Shown in pieces: positions 51,107 through 60,000 of a DNA stretch of 64,000 nucleotides. Each line of letters begins with the position of its first letter. Within the stretch, counting starts at the first letter, position 1. Made by a program: the position numbers and the translations under genes. The stretch comes from Patescibacteria group bacterium (lineage in GTDB: Bacteria; Patescibacteriota; Patescibacteriia; XYB2-FULL-38-15). The stretch covers positions 427,302 through 491,301 of the forward strand of contig JBAZJZ010000001.1 of NCBI GenBank assembly GCA_041650995.1, read 5' to 3'. The notes under the pieces were generated by a model. The model was not told where the DNA came from. It searched no databases and worked only from the letters and a program-made list of their open reading frames with translations.

Positions 51107-51745
51107 TTAACTTACAATAAACATCACAATCGCCGCTATAAAAAGAAATCCCGAAAATAATCCTAAAAATGAACACCCGATGGAAATAAACACTCCGGCA
51201 AGAAAACCTGAGGCTTTTTTTGCGACCTTAGCCGCCTCTGCCGCTTTTTCCGAAACATCAAGCATTCCTTTTCCTCCGCCCCCTCCGGCTTTGGCAATTT
51301 TTTTCTCTTCTTTTTTAGCTTTCTTTTCCATCGCTTCTCCGGCCATAATAGTTGCCTGCGAGGCCATTGAAGAAAAAATTCCGATAATGACGATAACAAT
51401 GCCGATTAATAAAAGCGGCAAACCAAAAATCAAACCGATTATGGATATTCCGGCTCCCGCGCCAAAAGAAATAAGAATTCCGCCAATCCGCCGCAAAAGA
51501 AAAGACGCCCCTTTCCCTACCTCTCCGGCCTTTTGAATCCCTTGCCCGATTTTTTTCTCCGCCGCGGCTTGAGCTTTTTTGCCTGAGAGCGATGCCTGCG
51601 CCACCTGTTCATCTTCGGGCGATTCTAACGTTTCCGGCTCTTCGTCCAGCTCCTCCTCCGGCGCTTCTTCATCCGGCTGATTCGACGAAGCAACTTGCGC
51701 CTGGCGCAGTTCATTTTGAAAATCTTGTTCTTCGAAATTTGCCAT
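51107..51745 (-). CDS. small acidic/lysine-rich membrane protein, first gene of the T4SS-like operon
   Basis: The true start MANFEEQDF is at 51745. The ORF track's longer 51107-52402 ORF is an antisense read-through of the lipoprotein gene. Three TM segments. Confidence 0.4.
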   Translation of the reverse strand: MANFEEQDFQNELRQAQVASSNQPDEEAPEEELDEEPETLESPEDEQVAQASLSGKKAQAAAEKKIGQGIQKAGEVGKGASFLLRRIGGILISFGAGAGISIIGLIFGLPLLLIGIVIVIIGIFSSMASQATIMAGEAMEKKAKKEEKKIAKAGGGGGKGMLDVSEKAAEAAKVAKKASGFLAGVFISIGCSFLGLFSGFLFIAAIVMFIVS

Positions 51746-51843
51746 GGGAAAGGGATAAGTAAAAATTGTCTGCGATGATTTCCGCAAACTTTGAATTATT
51801 TTATTATAACACAAAAACTCCCGATTTGGGAGGTTAACATTCC

Positions 51844-51965
51844 TTGACAAAACCTTGAAAATAAGGTATATTAAAAGGTGTTTTAAAGCTTGGGCGAAAG
51901 GGCGTAAATAGCGCTTTTTCGCTTGGGCTGTATAGCCCCAGACACGGAATGAGCCGTGTTTGAAA
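51844..51965 (+). promoter_or_regulatory. canonical sigma70 promoter (TTGACA, 17 bp spacer, TATATT) plus conserved structured leader, copy 1
   Basis: TTGACA at 51844-51849 and TATATT at 51867-51872. The ~95-nt transcribed block is near-identical to 53287-53408 and contains hairpins such as CACGGAATGAGCCGTG. Confidence 0.6.
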
Positions 51966-52027
51966 CAAAAAAATCCGCCGAAGAGGCGGGAAAGAAGAAT
52001 CCGCCAGAGGCGGAGGAGGGATTGACA

Positions 52028-52494
52028 ATGAAGAAGTTCTGGATGGTGACGATGATCGCGATCCTGTTCGGTCTCACGACGACCGGCTGCCCGGACGGTG
52101 ACGACGACTACGACACGGATGCGGACATGGACTCCGACAGCGATGCCGGCTCCGACGCGGACGCCGAGACCGACACGGCCGAGGACGGCACGACGGACGA
52201 GACCGCCGACTGCCCGAGCGTGGCTGGCGAGTGGGCGTTGACATACCACAGTGATGCGACGGGTTTCGATGAGCACTACATCCTCACGCTCGAACAGAGC
52301 GGCTGCTCCTTGAGTGGCTACGACGATGATGGCGGTGCGTTCTCCGGCACCGTCAACGAAGACGGCTCTCTCTCTGGCGCGATTACGGTGGTACCCGTAC
52401 ACTGACTGGCAATCTCGTGAGTCCTCCTCGACTGGAGGGAAACTGGACTTCTACGGGGGGTGGATACGGCCAATGGTGGGCCGATCGCCAGTAA
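52028..52494 (+). pseudogene. GC-rich acidic lipoprotein, copy 1, frameshifted near 52385-52395
   Basis: GGAGG RBS, MKKFWMVTMIAILFGLTTTGC lipobox-like signal, poly-Asp linker. Homology to copy 2 (…TGNFTQTPPRMEGLW…WWADPQ*) continues in the +2 frame (…TGNLVSPPRLEGNW…WWADRQ*) after a premature stop. Confidence 0.55.
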
Positions 52495-52501
52495 TGCCAA
52501 A

Positions 52502-52542
52502 GCCCCGCAAACTGCAAAGTGCAGAATGCGGGGCGTTTTTTT
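52502..52542. terminator. bidirectional rho-independent terminator between lipoprotein copy 1 and the orphan cassette
   Basis: GCCCCGCA...TGCGGGGC stem followed by GTTTTTTTA. Confidence 0.55.
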
Positions 52543-52558
52543 ATCTGAAAATATTTTA

Positions 52559-53186
52559 TTATTTCGGCACAACTATGACACGGCCAGCGAAGGATGTCCA
52601 GTGCGGTTGGACATCACCGATGTCACAATCACTCAGATAACACCCTCTTCCCGTCCCCGTACAATCTCCATTACACCACCCCCAGTTGTCAGTAAGCTGA
52701 ACTCTTGGTTTGAAGACGCAGCAGGAGCCGTTGCCGGCAATAGCGCCATCTACGTTTTCAGGGCAAACTGCGGCGAAACAGTTGGAGTCTGAATCAGAAA
52801 CACAGGCGCGGACAGTACTCGCGGCGTTAGAAGGGCATTTATAAGTATGGGTAAAGTAGAAATAATCATCAGTGCAGGCACGATCTTCGGAATGGGCAAA
52901 ATCTGAGTTATCACAGGCATCTTTGCCAAGATGGTTTTTGTAGCGAGCGTTTCTTGTTCCGGCGATATCGCTATCATCATTCCAGTCGACTTGAACGGAT
53001 CTGATCGGACCGGTATCTTTATCGGCCGTGCCGAAGAATTGCATGGTGGCGACGTATTGGCCGCCGTAACTAACGACATTTTTAGGTTCTGTAGCACCGG
53101 ATGCGGTAAAGCCAAAGCCGGAGATAAAAATTTTCCCTCGCCCCTTGGGGGAGAGGGTTAGGGTGAGGGGTTCCGTAAGACGACCG
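52559..53186 (-). pseudogene. orphan C-terminal cassette homologous to the last ~200 aa of the giant protein
   Basis: Encodes ISGFGFTASGATEPKNVVSYGGQYVATMQFFGTADK...CPSNAASTVRACVSDSDSNCFAAVCPENVDGAI...CCVFKPRVQLTDNWGWCNG...VIVVPK. It aligns with the giant protein C-terminus, including identical stretches of 32 aa and 19 aa. Homology extends upstream of the annotated ATG to an in-frame stop at 53186-53188. No N-terminal region, signal peptide or promoter is present. Confidence 0.65.
53135..53157. repeat. CCCTCGCCCC-TTG-GGGGAGAGGG hairpin followed by TTAGGG, related to the 1832-1852 hairpin
   Basis: Same architecture and same TTAGGG tail as the hairpin after thyA. Confidence 0.45.
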
Positions 53187-53250
53187 TTATCTTTTTGGGA
53201 TATAATGATATATAATGAAGAAAAGGGATACTTTCATAACTCCCCTTAAT

Positions 53251-53271
53251 CCCCTCTTACCTTAAGAGGGG
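53251..53271. repeat. CCCCTCTTA-CC-TTAAGAGGGG hairpin
   Basis: Near-perfect inverted repeat just upstream of promoter copy 2. Confidence 0.45.
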
Positions 53272-53286
53272 AAACGTCAACGGGTC

Positions 53287-53408
53287 TTGACAAAACCTTG
53301 AAAATATAGTATATTAAAAGGTGTTTTAAAGCTTGGACGAAAGGGCGTAAATAACGCTTTTTCGCTTGGGCTTTATAGCCCCAGACACGGAATGAGCCGT
53401 GTTTGAAA
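53287..53408 (+). promoter_or_regulatory. canonical sigma70 promoter (TTGACA, 17 bp spacer, TATATT) plus conserved structured leader, copy 2
   Basis: TTGACA at 53287-53292 and TATATT at 53310-53315. Only a few substitutions relative to copy 1 over ~122 nt. The downstream leader diverges and forms a long CCTGAGC...GCTCAGG hairpin before the RBS. Confidence 0.6.
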
Positions 53409-53492
53409 ACAAGGGTGTTATTCCCTGAGCGACGCGCAAGCGGAGTCGAAGGGAGGCCTTCGACAAGCTCAGGCCATAACTGGAGGAAAGTC

Positions 53493-53963
53493 ATGACGAA
53501 GTTCTGGATGGTGGCGATGATCACGATCCTGTTCGGTCTCACGACCGGCTGCCCCGACGGGGACGACGACTACGACGCGGAAATGGACGCCGACAGCGAT
53601 GCCGGCTCCGACGCGGACGCGGACGCCGATCCCGACACGGCCGAGGACGGCACGACGGACGAGAGCACGGCCTGCCCGAACATCGCCGGCGACTGGGCGC
53701 TGACGTACCGGAACGACTTGGGTTACGAAGGATACTACACCCTCACGCTCGAGCAGGACGGATGTCTTGTGATTGGGTTGGATGACCTTTGCGAGTACTC
53801 CGGCACCATTTCGGAGAGTGGCTACGTTTCACTTTTCCGAGATTGTGCTGCTTCCGATCGTACGATCACCGGCAACTTCACCCAGACCCCCCCCCGCATG
53901 GAAGGATTGTGGGATGAATCGGAGGGAACTTCCCACGGCACATGGTGGGCTGATCCCCAGTGA
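53493..53963 (+). CDS. GC-rich acidic lipoprotein, copy 2, intact
   Basis: GGAGG RBS. MTKFWMVAMITILFGLTTGC lipoprotein-like signal. Asp-rich linker DGDDDYDAEMDADSDAGSDADADADPD, then a ~100-aa Cys-containing domain. Confidence 0.6.
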   Translation: MTKFWMVAMITILFGLTTGCPDGDDDYDAEMDADSDAGSDADADADPDTAEDGTTDESTACPNIAGDWALTYRNDLGYEGYYTLTLEQDGCLVIGLDDLCEYSGTISESGYVSLFRDCAASDRTITGNFTQTPPRMEGLWDESEGTSHGTWWADPQ

Positions 53964-53970
53964 ACCGAAA

Positions 53971-54023
53971 CCGGCGACGCGAACTTGAACACCTGTTCAG
54001 GTTTGCGTCGCCGGATTTTTTTT
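53971..54023. terminator. strong bidirectional terminator between lipoprotein copy 2 and the giant gene
   Basis: 10-bp stem CCGGCGACGC...GCGTCGCCGG followed by ATTTTTTTT. Confidence 0.6.
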
Positions 54024-54044
54024 CTTTTCGTAAATTTTTTTCTA

Positions 54045-57000
54045 TTACCTGGGTACTACAATGACCTTGCCGGAAAAATATGTCCAATGATTTATACCCG
54101 ATTCTCCTTCCCGCTCTGGAGAGCACTCTGAATCATAACACCCATTCACTCTTCCAGTACAACTCCCATTACACCAACCCCAGTTGTCAGTAAGCTGCAC
54201 TCTTGGTTTGAAGACGCAGCAGGAACCATTGCCGGGGATAGCGCCATCTACGTTTTCAGGGCAAACCGCGGCGAAACAATTGGAGTCTGAATCAGAAACA
54301 CAGGCGCGGACAGTGCTCGCGGCGTTAGAAGGACAGTTATAAATATTTGTAAAGTAGAAATGGTCTTCAGTGCAAGCGCCGGTTGAATGGGCAAAGTCTC
54401 TATTATCACAACCTTCCCGGCCAAGATGGTTTTTGTAGCGGCCAGTGGTGGTGCTTGAAGTGCCCGGACCGGCGTTCCAGTCTACAACCACCTTGGTGAT
54501 AGGACCCGCGTTTTTATCGGCTGTACCGAAGAACTGCATAACAGCGTAAAGCTCTCCGCCATAGCCGACGACGTTTACTGGTTCGCTGGCGCCGGACGGA
54601 GTTAAACCCGTGCCGTCTATCCCGTTTACGGAAATCCCTTGAATTAAATTAGGCCCTTCCTCCATTAAAGGTTTGCACTTGTCGCCCTGGCAGTCGGTGA
54701 TGGGCCAAATTTGTGGCGGAGAGGGCCACGCAGTTACACCAGCCGGTAACGCTCCGCTCTTTGAAGTATCTGTAATATCGGCTGGCGGAACATCGGAGCC
54801 TGAATAAACGGCCGTTAAACTATCCCACGTAAATAATCCGTAACGTTTGGCGAAAAGCTGCCTGATTCTTTCGTGTGCCGCTCGGCTTGTTTCTTTTTCA
54901 ACGCTGCCAGCCGGCTCGCTCCCCGCCTGGACACAAACGCCGCTAATACAATCAAAATTACGGCACTCTTCATGAGTGGTACACTGACGCGGCAAAGCCG
55001 TTCCTCCAATTGTTTTACACTCGCCAATTGGCGCTGAAGGGCTATAACCGGCAATAAAATTACATTCTCTTACCAAATCACCAGTAAAATCTGAATCAGC
55101 TAAAGGCGTGCTTGCCTGACAATAACCTCTGCCCGTGCTTCCACCAAAGACGCATGGACCCATGGCTCCGCATTCTGCGTCATCAGCACACGATTTATGA
55201 CACTGGACATTGCCGCAAATCCAATTACGCGTGCAATCTTCCGCCACCCTGCATGACGTTCCTCCTGCTGCCGGAGAACGATAGACGGAAGTGTAAGACC
55301 TATCTTCATTTGGCACAGTCAAACCAACACCTTCTTCCGGATACTTTGTAAAGCCAGACGCCGGGCAACTTAAATCAGGATTTGTTAAACTAATTGTCAA
55401 ATTATCTGTATCCTTTCGGCAAGTAGGAATAGTTAAGAAATCATTTAACGGGTCGCTGCTGGACGCGCCAAAAGGTCGGGGCTCTACATCATAAAAATAG
55501 CCAAGCAAAGATTGATACGGATCGGCGACCACTGGGTGTCCGCCATCTTGCCAGATCCTGTCAGTCCACGCCTTATTTGCGTCTCTATCACTCGTGCCCG
55601 CGACTTGATAAAAAACCTTGCAACCAATGAACGGGTCTGAATGACTGGCGTATTTGCGGTATCCGGCCCCCTCTTCAACGCCGCCTTCTCGGCGACAATC
55701 TTTAAACTGATCAAAAGTCTCGCGTAAATTATCAACATAATAAACTTCTAAACCATTGCTATTTATGCGATCTGCAGCGCGAGTTAAATTACAGCTTGAA
55801 TCATCTGGCCGCTTTGAATTTTTTGGCACGCAACGATACGGACAATCATTATCTCCTATATCTTCTTCACACCATCCTTCGTATTCGCAATGAGTTATTA
55901 AAGCAAAATCATTTACCGGATCACATTGTGTTATGTTTTTAGCGCAAGCTCCTAGAGCTTCGCCTCGTTCAGCATGGCAATAGCAATCTTCTCCTCCGAC
56001 ACAACCGCTATATCCTCCTAATTCCGCACATTCACGATCATCTTCACTATCAAAACCAACCGGACTTAAATTTCTAAAAACACCGGCCTCTAAACAATAA
56101 TATTTATTTCCCAACGGGAACCCTGCTGTTTCATAATTATTATATAAATCTGGCATGCCGGGAATTTGATCCATTGGATACCAAGTAAGACAGGCCAACT
56201 GATCCGGCTTCCCGTTAATTGAAGTTGATGTATCGCGTTCTAAACAAAATCCACTCCAGCCAAGAACAACATCTATTTTTTCAGCGGAATAACATTTGCC
56301 ATCGCCCAGGCACTCACTATCATCGGCACAAGTTTTACCCGGCTCTTTTCCGCCTACACAAATACTTGGCAAAGAAACGTTATCTTTATCAAAATATTTT
56401 GTTAACGCGCCACTACCATAGCTCGCTTTCTTGTATGAACATTCACAATCTTCCCCATTTTCGCAAATATTCGCGCCGCTAAACCCGGGTTGTTTACTCA
56501 AGGGCGACCAATTCTTTACTACGCTATTTGGAAAAGGAGATGATTGTTCCGGATAAGCGCGGCAGGAAATTTTTTCCGCGTTTTCCTCGGTCATCGCCAG
56601 AAGCGCGCCTGGCGCGAATGGATCACCGCGAAAATTAGTTATACAAATATTGTTGAAGCATTTACCATTATCACCGCATCGTGAACCATTTGTCTCGCTA
56701 GCGCAAAATCCCGGAGGATGCGTGGCACAAGAAATAACGCTACCAGCGGCGTCAAAACAGCGATCGTCAACAAAACCCAAGGTCTGGACTGGACTTTCTT
56801 CTGTGCCAATATTTACCGCGCGCAAATCAAATGCCTGATATTGGTTATAAATTGAATCGCCCGAATAATCCATTCCCTTGAAAGTAACGTCACGAGAAAC
56901 ATACAAATCTTTACTTAAAATCTTGCGCGAGGTTTCCGGCGTAAAATTGGAATCAGTACATTGCGCCGTAGCCTGTCCTACTTTTGCGTATTGTCGGCAA

Positions 57001-60000
57001 GATGTAACCGTATTGCACAAAACTTTCTGTCGTCCGGTTTGCGGATCAAAAGTTGAAGTCGTGCCAGAGCACGTCAGCCATTCCCCGCAAACGCGATCGC
57101 GGCGGACTTGGATAAGAGTGTTAGAGTCGTTCGGGTTAACAGCGATACGTTGTGGCCCGCCAGATGTATAAATAGAAGTTTGCCCCCTGTAAGTTATCCT
57201 GCACTCCGGGGCTGGTGAGCCTATCGGACAAGAAATTTGAACAACTCTCTGTCCTCCTAAATCAAAAGTGCTTAAACATCTCCAACCCGACGCGCCAGGC
57301 CTTGGTGCCGGATCGCCTGGGCAATCGGCGTCTGTATTGCAAGTGACACCCGAGATTTCATACGTATCCAAACTTGATCCCCTGATTGAGCCATTGACAC
57401 AAAGCTTACAATTTTGTTTTGTGCAATCAATCGGCGCGACTAACCCGCCCGGATCACCCGTTTTCTTTTCCGAGCTTAAATATGTCGCGTTGGCATTGTA
57501 AGTCAACTGCGGATTGCTTGTATCATTAAACAGAGCACAACCAGTTTTTTGCGAAGCCATGCCATTACAGTTCCCTGAACTGATTTTGTCATTCTTAATA
57601 TAATAATATGCCGCGCCTAGAGGGTCATCTGAAGTATCGGCCGGATCAACAAATTTTGTGCACCGGTCAGCCTGCGGAATACACTCGCCTACCCAACCGG
57701 AGTACGGGCAGGATCGTTTGTTATAAGAAACTGTGCAAGTTGTTCCGGTCTTGCCGGTAGCCCCGGCTGTACCAACAGTGCAAGCGCAACCCGCGGTATT
57801 CTGGCAAACGTAAGGCAGGCTGCAATTTGCGTCGCCATTTTTCCAAATATTGTAATACCCGCCGCTGAAATTCGCCGGATCGCAAGGTTCAAGCGGATTG
57901 CTTCCCTTTTTAAACCATCCGGAAACGTTTTGTCCGCTGACCGTCACATTATCTTTCCATTCACAAAGCCGAACGCCCGGATCTTTAAAATACATTTTTC
58001 CGCCGTCGGTCGTGGTGTATTCTTCACAGGACAAAAACCCGACTTGACAGAGAATTCTTCCCGTCGGGGAATTATAAAGCGCCGGATTGGCCAAGAGATT
58101 GACGGTATCATACTGCGGTTTGCCGTCATCCCCCACCTTCACGTTTCCGGCGGCGTCCAAGGTCGGCGAACCAAATTCAGCGCAACCTTTATTTTGCGCG
58201 GCGCATTTATATTCGTCGTTTACCACGATGTATGCGTAGGAATCCGTCGGAATCGTAACATTGTCGGACAATCTTTCTTCTTCCGAAAGAGCCGGCTCGC
58301 TGTCATTTTCCGTATTGAAAGTTTCCGCGGTCGCCGAGGTGTTATTATTAGTTTTTAATAATTTCGCGCAGCCGGCAGCGTCGGGCGAACAAAGCCTTGA
58401 AAAAGATTTTAGATAATGCAAACCATTCGCGCGATCATAATAACTTGCGCAGCCAAGCTGGGCTTGTGGCAAAAGCGCGGAAATAATACACTCACTGCGG
58501 TCTGAACTCCACGAACCCCCGGCAGTAGCGCAATCTCCTTGATCAGCAATTGAAAAATCAACCGCAAAAGACCGATCACAGGAAGCTGGCGTATTCCATG
58601 AATTTTTAACCACGTAAATATACGACTGAATTTCTCTCAAAATAATATTATCAATATAAACTGGGGTTGTTCCGCCCACCGAGGCAATCCGCAAAGTTTC
58701 ACCTCCGCCGGCAACACTCCAATCAACATAAACCGGACCGAGCGAGAAATATCGCCAGTCAAAAGAAAGATTTGTCGGACTCTTGGTCGCTGAACTAAAT
58801 TCTTTGCCGGAAGACGTGGCGCCCAAAAATTTAATATCTAATCTGCTATTTCCTTTAGCCCAGAAAGATAAGGTGTAAAGGCCATTCTGTCTAACCGCGG
58901 AGCCCAAATTTTTATCTAGTGTTCCCGTAGCGCCAAAGGATAAGGACTTCCCGCCGACAACAAGCGATTCAGAACTTATAACCGGCAAATCTGCTTCGTC
59001 CCAGTTGGCTATTGAAGAATCATCAAAATTATCATTTAAAATCACTGCCGTATTTGCTCCGGCATTGCCGCGATAAGCTCGGCAACCAACTGCTTCGTTT
59101 GAACAAGTACGAGACTCGGGCAAATAAACATTGTAAGCACACTCACTTTTTACCGCATCCCATCTTCCGCCCGAAGTTCCGCAATCAGCCGTGCTGGAAA
59201 TTGTTTTGCGGTACGGGTGGCAATCGTCCGTCATGATAATTGTTTTTGAATACAACCTATAATGTTTCAATCCGGCAGAATCGTAAAATTCACGGCAATC
59301 AGGATTAATTAAAGAATCTGCCTTGGTGCAAAGACCAACAAATGAAGCGCTGTCGCAAGTTAAACCGTCCGAGAGAAGCGCGGTGCATGGAGGAACTCCG
59401 CCACTCGGATCGCTATCCGGGGTCGTGGCTCCGCCCATCTTCAAATTCCAAGTTTTCAATTGATAACCGGTTGTGTCGCTTCCTTCCCAGGTGTAGAAAG
59501 CCGCTCCTGTCGCGCCGGGTTTTTCGCAGCGGCGAATCACGCTGAAATTTGCCACGGCTTCGTTTTCCAAACTCGTGAACTGATCGCAGCCAACGTCCGC
59601 GGCGTTACAAGTTCTGCCTGTCGTCGGGATAAAATAAACCGGGAATTTATCTTGTTCAAAATCAGTCGCGACTTGTTTAAATGTTTGATAGCCAACGCAT
59701 TCGGCCGGGCAATAATCATCCGGATAACTGGCTACGCCCGGGACAGACGGGTCGCCGTTTGTCGGACGGAATTCGTCACAACCCACGTCTTTTTCTTCGC
59801 AGGCTTTGGCGTAATTTTGGCATTGTTCGGCGTCGTTTGTTTTATTCAAGGCACCGGTTGAAGTGTAGTCATAACAAGAGTAATAATCTGGCGCGGCTTT
59901 CAAATAAAGCGCTTCGCCGGTTCTTCCCCAGCCTTCGTGGTATTGCGAAGCAAAAAATCCCTCTTCAAGTTGCACGGCGTCAATCAAACATGGAGCAGAT

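Noticed and set aside
51107-52402. A 431-aa minus-strand ORF in the supplied track.
   Set aside because: Its N-terminal ~220 codons are the antisense of the lipoprotein gene and its promoter/leader (the same antisense peptide, KHGSFRVWGY..., recurs at 53246-53542). The real gene starts at MANFEEQDF (51745).
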